Positions 9,699 through 18,212 of a stretch of 64,000 bases of DNA are shown in pieces; within the stretch, counting starts at the first letter, position 1, and every line of letters starts with the position of its first letter. The stretch is from assembly GCA_902570155.1 (NCBI GenBank), contig CACFXU010000006.1, positions 7,215-71,214 of the forward strand, written 5' to 3'. A program made the position numbers and the translations under genes. The notes under the pieces were generated by a model that saw nothing but the letters and a program-made list of their open reading frames with translations, searched no databases and was not told the DNA's origin. The DNA comes from an uncultured Alphaproteobacteria bacterium (lineage in GTDB: Bacteria > Pseudomonadota > Alphaproteobacteria > HIMB59 > GCA-002718135).

Positions 9699-10288
9699 TT
9701 GATTTAATTTTAAATTTTTTAATTCAATTTGATTTATTAATTAAAAACAATTTTGAATTATCTTTAATTTTATATTTTTTATTTTCATTATTATATTTTA
9801 CCTTTTCATTACCTGGGAGTTTAATTATTATACTTACATCAAGTTTCTTTTTTGGGTTTGTTATAGGTTATATAATAAATATTACCAATATAGTTTTGGG
9901 TAGTTTATGTTTTTTTCTTTTTTTTCAAAATATATTTAAAAAATATTTTAATAAACAAATTGAAAAATTTAGTATTAAACTAAATAAAATTATTAAAAAA
10001 TCATCTTTTGAATACTTAGTTTTATTACGACTTGTCTTTGGAGTGCCATTATTTGTTCAAAATTTATTTTTATCAACATTAAATATTTCTAAAACTAAAT
10101 TTATAATTTCATCTTTTATTGGTTTTACTCCTTATTTTCTTTTTTTTTCATTTATTGGTAATCAATTTTCTGATCTTATTGAAGTTAAAGAATTTCAACT
10201 TAGTAATATATTATCATTTGAATTAATTTTAATTTTTTTACTATTAATTATTTTTTTATTACTTAGAATTTTTTTTAAATTTAAATAA
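9695..10288 (+). CDS. DedA/VTT (TVP38/TMEM64-like) membrane protein
   Basis: 197 aa polytopic protein. LRLVFGVPLFVQNLFLSTLNIS resembles the VTT-domain core. 4-nt overlap with the permease gene. Confidence 0.6.
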   Translation: MIDLILNFLIQFDLLIKNNFELSLILYFLFSLLYFTFSLPGSLIIILTSSFFFGFVIGYIINITNIVLGSLCFFLFFQNIFKKYFNKQIEKFSIKLNKIIKKSSFEYLVLLRLVFGVPLFVQNLFLSTLNISKTKFIISSFIGFTPYFLFFSFIGNQFSDLIEVKEFQLSNILSFELILIFLLLIIFLLLRIFFKFK

Positions 10289-10664
10289 ACAGTTTTTTAA
10301 ATCTAATTGAAATGAATAATAAATAAATAGTAACAATTATTGCGGCATAAATAGTTATATCAATAATTATTAAATTATTTGCAGAAAATTCATTTGCTAT
10401 TCTTGAATATATCAAAGCTGAAGTCTGTATTATGGATGTAATAATAATAACATTAAGTAATCTGATTGAGCCCTTTGTATTTAAGTAAATCATTAAAAGA
10501 CCAATAAATAAAAGACCCGTTATAGCTCCGCCAAGATTTCTTAGCCATGCTATATTGGTATTTTCAGCAACAGTTAAATTCACAAAACTATATGGAAAAA
10601 TTAAAAAAAAAATTCCATAAATTAAAGAAAAAATTGATAAAAATAATATGCTTAATCTGATCAT
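10281..10664 (-). CDS. Hypothetical 4-TM membrane protein
   Basis: 127-aa ORF with four hydrophobic segments. No recognisable motif. Confidence 0.5.
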   Translation of the reverse strand: MIRLSILFLSIFSLIYGIFFLIFPYSFVNLTVAENTNIAWLRNLGGAITGLLFIGLLMIYLNTKGSIRLLNVIIITSIIQTSALIYSRIANEFSANNLIIIDITIYAAIIVTIYLLFISIRFKKLFI

Positions 10665-10732
10665 TTACTAAAAACTATTTATTAAGATATAATTAGTATT
10701 GCAAATTAATTATTACTAAATATAGAAAATAT

Positions 10733-10966
10733 ATGATCCGATTGTTAATAGTTTTAATTGTTATAGTAATTATATTATTTATTTTGAGATCAAGAGCCAA
10801 ATCACAATATAATAATTATGGAAACTTTTATAGAAATTTAATTTTAATAGTCATAATTGGAGGTATTGTCTTCTTTCTTGCAACAACTGGAAAATTCTTG
10901 ATACCACAGTTATTAAATCTTATTAAAGTTGGTTTACCATTCTTAACAAAATTAATAGGGATATAA
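10733..10966 (+). CDS. Hypothetical small membrane protein
   Basis: 77-aa ORF with 2-3 hydrophobic segments. Its stop overlaps the next gene's start by 1 nt. Confidence 0.45.
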   Translation: MIRLLIVLIVIVIILFILRSRAKSQYNNYGNFYRNLILIVIIGGIVFFLATTGKFLIPQLLNLIKVGLPFLTKLIGI

Positions 10967-11829
10967 TGAAATATTTCTCAACAAATGATCTACCCTTAAA
11001 CAATGAAATGATTAATTTTTGGAATAATAACGGATATTTGGTTATAGAAAATTTCAACACAGATAAAGAATGTGATGAATTAATGGAACGATCATCATAT
11101 CTTATCGAACATAATAATTTTAATAATCAAAAATCTATTTTTGATACAGTCAATCAAGCTCATAATGATGATAGTTATTTTTTAGAATCAGGAGATAAAA
11201 TTCGTTTCTTCTTTGAAGAAAAAGCTAATTTAAATGATGGTAACATAGAAGAAAATAAACATTTTATTGTAAATAAAATCGGTCATGCGTTGCATGACTT
11301 AGATGAAGTTTTTCATAAATTTTCTCATAAACAAAAACTTCAAGATATTGCTTTATCACTTGGTTTTTCAAAACCAAAATTACTTCAGTCAATGTATATT
11401 TTTAAGCAACCTAAAATAGGTGGTGAAGTAGTTTGTCATCAAGATTCTACTTTTTTATATACTCAGCCAGAAAGCACTATCGGTTTCTGGTTTGCATTAG
11501 AAGACGCAAATAAAACAAACGGATGTTTACAAGTTGCAAGTGGAGGTCATAAAGGCCCATTAAGAAAACTTTTTAAAAAAGTAGATGGTAAAATGCAAAT
11601 GATAGATCTAAATGATGAACCATTTCCTGAAACTGATACTTTTGTAGAAGTAAAAAAAGGATCACTTGTTTTATTGCATGGTAGACTTCCTCATTATTCA
11701 TGTGAGAATACAAGTTTAAAATCAAGACATGCTTACACAATTCATGTAATTGATAATAACAACGATTATCCTGAATGGAATTGGTTACAAAGATCTTCAA
11801 TACCTCTTAAAAGTTTCATTAATGACTAA
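10966..11829 (+). CDS. Phytanoyl-CoA dioxygenase (PhyH) family Fe(II)/2-oxoglutarate oxygenase
   Basis: 287 aa. HQD facial-triad start (VVCHQDSTF), downstream His in RHAYTIH, and the typical N-terminal W..NGY(L/V)V motif. Confidence 0.8.
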   Translation: MKYFSTNDLPLNNEMINFWNNNGYLVIENFNTDKECDELMERSSYLIEHNNFNNQKSIFDTVNQAHNDDSYFLESGDKIRFFFEEKANLNDGNIEENKHFIVNKIGHALHDLDEVFHKFSHKQKLQDIALSLGFSKPKLLQSMYIFKQPKIGGEVVCHQDSTFLYTQPESTIGFWFALEDANKTNGCLQVASGGHKGPLRKLFKKVDGKMQMIDLNDEPFPETDTFVEVKKGSLVLLHGRLPHYSCENTSLKSRHAYTIHVIDNNNDYPEWNWLQRSSIPLKSFIND

Positions 11830-12766
11830 AAAAATAATTTTAGATTGTGATCCAGGTCATGATGATGCTGTAGCAATAATGTTAGCTGCTTCTTCTAAAG
11901 AGATTGACTTACTGGGTATCACTTGTGTTGGTGGAAATAGTGGTTTAAATAACACAGTAAATAATGCTCTTAAAGTTTGTACGTTAATTGAAAGAACGGA
12001 CATCAAAGTTTACTCTGGTGCAAATAAACCTATTCATTATGAATTATTTACAGCTGAATATGTTCATGGAAAAACTGGATTAGATAAAAAAGGTGATCCT
12101 ATAATAATAGATACAAATTATAAACCTCAAGAAAAACATGCAGTTGATTTCATAGTAGAAACTTGTAAATCTTCAATAGAGCGAATTTATTTATGTCCAA
12201 CAGGACCTCTTACAAATATTGCCTTAAGTTTAAAAAAAGATCCGTCTATTAAAGAAAATATAAAAGAAATAGTTTTTATGGGTGGGGCTGCTATGTGCTT
12301 AGGAAATACTACACCTTCAGCTGAATTTAATATTTATGTGGATCCACATGCAGCTAATATTGTTTTAGAATCAGGCATTCCTTTAACAATGATGGGTTTA
12401 GATGTTACTCATCAGGTCAATGTAAATTCAAAAATTATCAAATCAATGAATGAAAATAAAAATAAAAGTTCTAAGTTTTTTGGAGAACTAATGGAATTTT
12501 ATACAATATTTCATAAAGAATTGTACGAAACTGAGGAAACGCCTTTGCATGACCCATGTGTCATTGCATATTTATTAGATCCATCAATTTTTAGTGGAAA
12601 AGAAGTTAATGTCACAGTTGAAGAAAATTCTGAATTAACAAGAGGGGAGACCGTTGTTGATTGGCTTGGTGTTACCAAAAGACCAGTAAATTGTTTTGTA
12701 ATGAATGAAGCTAATGATGAAAAATTTTTTCAATTACTTAAAACTAAATTATCGTTATTACCTTAA
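11822..12766 (+). CDS. Nucleoside hydrolase (inosine/uridine-preferring family)
   Basis: MTKKIILDCDPGHDDAVAI carries the DxDxxxDD fingerprint. The start is placed at ATG 11822 (ATGACTAA overlap with the PhyH stop) rather than at the longer 11750 ORF. Confidence 0.85.
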   Translation: MTKKIILDCDPGHDDAVAIMLAASSKEIDLLGITCVGGNSGLNNTVNNALKVCTLIERTDIKVYSGANKPIHYELFTAEYVHGKTGLDKKGDPIIIDTNYKPQEKHAVDFIVETCKSSIERIYLCPTGPLTNIALSLKKDPSIKENIKEIVFMGGAAMCLGNTTPSAEFNIYVDPHAANIVLESGIPLTMMGLDVTHQVNVNSKIIKSMNENKNKSSKFFGELMEFYTIFHKELYETEETPLHDPCVIAYLLDPSIFSGKEVNVTVEENSELTRGETVVDWLGVTKRPVNCFVMNEANDEKFFQLLKTKLSLLP

Positions 12767-13683
12767 GTATAAAAACTCTTTGCAATCTTTGCAGCTAAAT
12801 TTGCATTATTAATTATTAAAGATACATTAGCATTTAGAGTTTGATTTTTTGATTGTTCGTTAATTTCTTTTATAAGAAATGGTGTTAATTCTTTTCCACT
12901 AATATTATTTCTATAAGCTTTTATTGTTGCATTATTTATCCATTTTTCTACATCATTTTTATTAAGCGCTTTTTCAAATGGAACTTTATTAAATATGAGA
13001 ATTGATTTTTTATTTTCTATATTTTCATTAAGTTTTAAAAAAGAAGAAATTTCATGAATTTCATCAAATTTATTATCGACTTTATTTTCTGTTTCTTCAT
13101 ACCAAAAACCAGGCATATAATTTGTTTGATAACCAATTCTTGTAATTCCTAAAGTTTCAAGAAGTTCATTTGTTTTACTTAAATCTAAAATAGATTTAGC
13201 ACCACTACAGATTACAAAATTTGAATTCTCAGAAAGTGCATATAGATCTGCAGATACATCATTGGTATTTTCAGCATTTAGATGCACACCACCAATTCCT
13301 CCTGTTGCAAAAAATCTTATTTGAAATTTAGAAGCTATAGAAATCGTACTTGCTACTGTCGTAGCAGCATTTTCTTTATTAAATATTGATAAATTTATGT
13401 TGTGGTTTGAAACTTTTTGTACATTTTTCTCTTTTGCTAATATTTGAATATCTTTTTGCGATAATCCTATTTTAACCTTACCTCTAATTATTCCTATTGT
13501 TGCAGCAATTGCACCGTTATCTTCAACAGCCTTTATAGACTCATTTGCGACTTTAATATTTTCTGGATAGGGCAATCCATGACTAATCAATGTACTTTCT
13601 AAAGCTACTATTGGTTTTTTTCTATTTATTGCTTCTTGAACTTTTTTACTTATCTCAAATATTTCATGCATACTATTGTACAC
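12763..13683 (-). CDS. psuG: Pseudouridine-5'-phosphate glycosidase
   Basis: 306 aa. IVALESTLISHGLPYPEN and GGIGGVH motifs of the indigoidine-synthase-A-like/PsuG family. Confidence 0.9.
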   Translation of the reverse strand: MYNSMHEIFEISKKVQEAINRKKPIVALESTLISHGLPYPENIKVANESIKAVEDNGAIAATIGIIRGKVKIGLSQKDIQILAKEKNVQKVSNHNINLSIFNKENAATTVASTISIASKFQIRFFATGGIGGVHLNAENTNDVSADLYALSENSNFVICSGAKSILDLSKTNELLETLGITRIGYQTNYMPGFWYEETENKVDNKFDEIHEISSFLKLNENIENKKSILIFNKVPFEKALNKNDVEKWINNATIKAYRNNISGKELTPFLIKEINEQSKNQTLNANVSLIINNANLAAKIAKSFYT

Positions 13684-14560
13684 TCACTTTCTTAGAAAGA
13701 TTTATAATTTTTAAAAAATCACTATTAGTTTTTAGACTTTTACCACTAGCATAATAAGATCCGCATGCTACAGAAGTTTTCAGAATATAATTCATTTTTT
13801 CATTTATACTGAACAAATACAGCATCATAGCTGCTAGTGCATCTCCAGCTCCATTTTCGTTTACTACTTTGATTGATGGGGGTTTTATTCTTTTTATAAA
13901 TTCATTACTTCCAAAGATTACATTATTTTTTGAATTAGTAGTAATTATTTTTATTTTTTTATTTTGTTTTAATATTTTTTTTACACCTACTATTATATTT
14001 GAAGAATTTGTAAGTTTAAGTAACTCTGCTTTATTTAAGAATATAAAATCAATTTTATTTATAATCCTTTTAATTTTAATTACTTTATGCACTGATGTTG
14101 CGCACACTATAATTTTATTTTTTTTTGATAGTTTATTTATTGATTTTTCCAAATAGGTTTTAGAAAAATTTAGATCAAATATTATATTTTTATTCTTGAT
14201 GTTTGGTATTTTTAAAGATTTATTATTTTCATATTCATCTGTGTTAGCTAATCCTAATAAAAATTTATTATTTTTATCTGATAAAGCTAAATAGTATCTA
14301 TCTGCATAACTTTTATTCACTTGATGAAAATATATTTTTTTTGAGATTTTTTTTCTAATCTCTTCATTGATAGCTAAACTATAAAAGTTTACATCAACAA
14401 AATTCGAAAGCAATTCTGCAATATTGTAGGCTACTCCACCAATTCTGCTTTTTTGTGTAATTTGATTAGATCTAAAATTAATAATATTTTTTTTAAGATT
14501 TAATAAATAATCGTGATGAATTGCCCCAATACAAACAAAAATGTTTTTAGATTTCAGCAT
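13673..14560 (-). CDS. psuK: PfkB-family carbohydrate kinase, probable pseudouridine kinase
   Basis: 295 aa. C-terminal NENGAGDALAA (the PfkB GAGD motif). 11-nt overlap with psuG immediately downstream. Confidence 0.7.
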   Translation of the reverse strand: MLKSKNIFVCIGAIHHDYLLNLKKNIINFRSNQITQKSRIGGVAYNIAELLSNFVDVNFYSLAINEEIRKKISKKIYFHQVNKSYADRYYLALSDKNNKFLLGLANTDEYENNKSLKIPNIKNKNIIFDLNFSKTYLEKSINKLSKKNKIIVCATSVHKVIKIKRIINKIDFIFLNKAELLKLTNSSNIIVGVKKILKQNKKIKIITTNSKNNVIFGSNEFIKRIKPPSIKVVNENGAGDALAAMMLYLFSINEKMNYILKTSVACGSYYASGKSLKTNSDFLKIINLSKKVSVQ

Positions 14561-17500
14561 TATGAACTATACACCTTTTATGTCAGTTTTTGATGTTGAT
14601 CCACCTATTATTGATAATAAACATTTAATTAAATGGTTAAAGATTAATTTTTCTTTCTTAAGAAATAAATTACTCAAAATTAAACAACTTGATAGTGAAA
14701 GGGACATAAATTTTATTATATTCATAAATAATAAAAAAAAATATGTATTAAAAATTTCAAACCCATCAGAAAAAATAAATATACTAAAATACCAAGATAG
14801 ATTAATTAATTATTTACGAAGTGATCTAAGTCTTAAATCTTTTATACCCAAAATATACCATACAAAGATTGTAAAATATTTAGATACAAAAAATAGAGAA
14901 TGCTTTGTTAGGATCTTATCTTATATTGAAGGGCGAATGTATGGAGATACCAAAAGTAACGATAAAATTGAAAATTCTTTAGGTAAGTTACTTGGAAAAG
15001 TATCAACTAAATTGCAAGCATTTAACCATATAGATGCTCATAGAAATTTTATTTGGGATCCATCAAATATAAAATGGATTAAAAAAGATATTAATATTTT
15101 TACAGGTTCAAAAAAATTAATTTTATTAAAATGTTTTTCAGAATATGAAAAATTTGTAAAAAATAATTTAAATAAATTAAGATATTCAATTACTCATTCA
15201 GATCCAAATAATTATAATATTGTTATTAAAAAAAATAATGTTTGTGGTTTACTAGATTATGGAGATTCTATTTATTCTCCAACAATAAATGATTTAGCTA
15301 TATGTCTTTCCTATGCATTAATGAATAATAATAATATTTATCTTACACTTAAAAATATAATCACAGAGTACAATAAACAGTTTTCTATTAATGAGGATGA
15401 AATTAATTCATTAATATCATTATGTAAGTCAAGACTTATGATTACTGTAGTAATGGCAAAAAAACAAAGAATTAAATATCCATCAAATCAATATTTAAGT
15501 ATTAGTGAGAAAGATGCCTGGTCTTTATTAGAAAAATTAGACAAAATTCCTATCAATTTTTTAATATATATTGTTCGCGAAATATGCGGCTTTGATATTA
15601 TTCACCACCATAATGAAACTATAAATTATATAAATAAATTCAACTTTGGTAATATTTTTAATTTTAATTTACTTGATAAAAATAAATCTATCTTAAAATT
15701 AAGTTCTGATTCACCTTTATTAAAAGGTAACCCAGATAATAGTTTGCTTAAGAAAAGAGTTAATAAAATATTTAAGGAAGATAATTCTCGTATAGGAATA
15801 GGTTTATACAATGAAAAAAGAAAAGTTTATAAGGGACCTAACTTTATTTCTGAATTAAATGCGAATGAAAGACGTAATATTCATTTAGGCGTAGATATCT
15901 TTATTGATCAAGGAACAGATTTATTTGCGCCAATAGATGGCAAAATTATAATTTTAAAAAATAATAATTTTAAATATGACTATGGTCCCACTCTAGTTTT
16001 GGAACATAGTTTTAAAAAATATAAATTTTATACTTTATACGGGCATTTATCCAAAATAATGTTTCAAAAACTAAAAATTGGAAAAAAAATTAAGAAAGGT
16101 GAATGGATTGGTAAAATTGGTAATTCTAATGAAAATGGAAAATGGTTACCACATTTACATTTTCAAATTATTTTAGATTTATTAGGACATGATAAGAATT
16201 TTCCAGGAGTAGGTGAAGAATTTTTATTCAATATTTGGAATAAAATTTCACCTGATCCAAATTTAATTCTACGAATTCCAAAATCTTTTTATTCTAATAA
16301 TAATAATTTTAAAGATACTTTAAAAAAAAGAAGAAAAAATATTTCTGATAATTTATCAATTTCTTATAAGGAACCTCTTCATATGCTTGAAGCTAAAGAT
16401 CAGTATTTTTTTGATAGATATGGCAGGAGATACTTAGATTGTGTAAATAATATTTCCCATGTTGGGCATTCAAATTCCTATGTACATGAAGCTATGACTA
16501 AGCAAAATTTAAAACTTAATACTAATACGAGATATCTATACGATACAATTAACGATTATAGTGAATTACTTTTAAGTAAGTTTCCAAAGAAATTAAATAA
16601 GATATTTTTCGTATGTACAGGATCTGAAGCTAATGATTTAGCTTATAGAATAGCTCAAACTTATACTAGTGCAAAAGATGTCTTTGTGATGGACAATGCT
16701 TATCATGGGCATACCAATGCTTTAATTGATCTAAGTCCATACAAATTTAATAGTAAGGGTGGTTTAGGTAAAAAAGATTATGTTCACGTATTAGATATGC
16801 CTGATCCTTTAAGAGGTAAGTGGAGATATCAAAATTCAAATTGGATTCAAAAATATATAGATGAAGCTAAAACAGTAATTAGAAATAAAATTAAAGAAAC
16901 AAAAATTGCATGTTTTTTTTCTGAAAGTATACTTGGTTGTGGTGGTCAAGTAATTCTTCCAAAAAATTATTTAAAAGAAATATTTTCAGAAATTAGAAAA
17001 AACAATGCATTATGTATTGTTGATGAAGTACAAACTGGTTTTGGACGCGTTGGAAGAAATTTTTGGTCATTTGAAGAGCATGATGTCGTTCCTGATATAG
17101 TAACCTTGGGAAAACCTATGGGTAATGGTCATCCTATAGCTGCTGTTATAACTACAGATAAAATAGCTTCAACTTTTAATAATGGGATGGAATATTTTAA
17201 TTCATTCGGTGGTAATCCCGTTTCCTGCGCTATCGGTAAAGCAGTATTAGAGACAATTGATAATAATAAATTACAAAAAAATGCTTTGTTAGTTGGTAAT
17301 TATTTTTTAAAAAAATTAAAAAAAATTCAACTTAAATATAAAAAATATATTAGTGAAGTTAGAGGTAGGGGGCTTTTTTTAGGAATAGATATTATTCAAA
17401 ATAGTAATGTGTCTAAACCAAACAAAAAATTAGCTAAATTGCTTATTAATTATATGAGAAATCAAGGTATTTTGTTGAGCACTGATGGCCCTTATGACAA

Positions 17501-17591
17501 TGTTATTAAAATAAAACCACCTCTTGTATTTACAAAATTAAATGTTGATCAGGTATGTAAAAACTTAGAAACCTTCTTTAAAAAATTATAA
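14541..17591 (+). CDS. Tri-domain protein: APH/hydroxylysine-kinase-like kinase + M23 peptidase + class-III aminotransferase-fold (phospho-lyase-like) domain
   Basis: 1016 aa. Kinase loop HSDPNNYN and DYGD. M23 motifs HLGVD, YGHLS and PHLHFQ. PLP domain with DEVQTGFGRVG and GKPMGNGHP. Alternative starts at ATG 14562 or 14580 would remove the 5' overlap with psuK. Confidence 0.85.
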   Translation: MFLDFSIMNYTPFMSVFDVDPPIIDNKHLIKWLKINFSFLRNKLLKIKQLDSERDINFIIFINNKKKYVLKISNPSEKINILKYQDRLINYLRSDLSLKSFIPKIYHTKIVKYLDTKNRECFVRILSYIEGRMYGDTKSNDKIENSLGKLLGKVSTKLQAFNHIDAHRNFIWDPSNIKWIKKDINIFTGSKKLILLKCFSEYEKFVKNNLNKLRYSITHSDPNNYNIVIKKNNVCGLLDYGDSIYSPTINDLAICLSYALMNNNNIYLTLKNIITEYNKQFSINEDEINSLISLCKSRLMITVVMAKKQRIKYPSNQYLSISEKDAWSLLEKLDKIPINFLIYIVREICGFDIIHHHNETINYINKFNFGNIFNFNLLDKNKSILKLSSDSPLLKGNPDNSLLKKRVNKIFKEDNSRIGIGLYNEKRKVYKGPNFISELNANERRNIHLGVDIFIDQGTDLFAPIDGKIIILKNNNFKYDYGPTLVLEHSFKKYKFYTLYGHLSKIMFQKLKIGKKIKKGEWIGKIGNSNENGKWLPHLHFQIILDLLGHDKNFPGVGEEFLFNIWNKISPDPNLILRIPKSFYSNNNNFKDTLKKRRKNISDNLSISYKEPLHMLEAKDQYFFDRYGRRYLDCVNNISHVGHSNSYVHEAMTKQNLKLNTNTRYLYDTINDYSELLLSKFPKKLNKIFFVCTGSEANDLAYRIAQTYTSAKDVFVMDNAYHGHTNALIDLSPYKFNSKGGLGKKDYVHVLDMPDPLRGKWRYQNSNWIQKYIDEAKTVIRNKIKETKIACFFSESILGCGGQVILPKNYLKEIFSEIRKNNALCIVDEVQTGFGRVGRNFWSFEEHDVVPDIVTLGKPMGNGHPIAAVITTDKIASTFNNGMEYFNSFGGNPVSCAIGKAVLETIDNNKLQKNALLVGNYFLKKLKKIQLKYKKYISEVRGRGLFLGIDIIQNSNVSKPNKKLAKLLINYMRNQGILLSTDGPYDNVIKIKPPLVFTKLNVDQVCKNLETFFKKL

Positions 17592-18177
17592 AATATATTC
17601 CATAACTAATCATTAGCATGCCAATGGTTAGATCAATCCAAAACCAAGTTTTATTTGAATAAATATATTTTGATAAGAACTTTGACATATATCCTAAAGA
17701 AAAGAAAAACAAAAAACTAGCTGAAATTGCTCCAATGCCAAATGAAAATTGATCATTAAAATTTGTTGATAATGATCCCAGCAAAATAATTGTATCTAGA
17801 TAAACATGAGGATTTGCGTATGTAATGAGGAGTAAGGTAATTAGTATTTTACCGAATTCGTTGATTATATTTAATTCTTTATTTATATCTTTGAATTTAT
17901 TTAATTTTATAACTTTATTTAATCCATAAAATATAAGCCAAATTCCTCCTAATACTTTTATTATTCCTATAATACTTGGATTAATTTGAACAATATAATT
18001 AGATAGATATATTCCGATTATAATTAGTAAACTGTCTGATAGACTGCAAAATAAAGTAACTGTAAAAACATAAGATTTTTTAAGCCCTTGCTGTATTACA
18101 AATAAATTTTGAGGTCCTATAGCTATAATTAATGTTCCTCCAATTATTAATCCTTGGATAAAATCATAAATATACAT
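17578..18177 (-). CDS. LysE/ArgO-family amino-acid exporter
   Basis: 199 aa, 6 TM. N-terminal GPQNLFVIQQG motif typical of LysE/ArgO. Confidence 0.8.
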   Translation of the reverse strand: MYIYDFIQGLIIGGTLIIAIGPQNLFVIQQGLKKSYVFTVTLFCSLSDSLLIIIGIYLSNYIVQINPSIIGIIKVLGGIWLIFYGLNKVIKLNKFKDINKELNIINEFGKILITLLLITYANPHVYLDTIILLGSLSTNFNDQFSFGIGAISASFLFFFSLGYMSKFLSKYIYSNKTWFWIDLTIGMLMISYGIYFIIF

Positions 18178-18212
18178 ATTGCCTTAAATTGTAATTACAC
18201 TATTTTAAAAAT

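Noticed and set aside
11750-11821. A longer 338-aa version of the nucleoside hydrolase ORF, and similar 5' extensions of ssb (41802), coaD (45064), tmk (56660), the GCH II gene (27952) and DUF1015 (1870).
   Set aside because: The extensions lie inside the preceding gene or add residues that family members do not have. Internal ATGs reproduce the conserved N-termini ([49 protein letters not shown]).
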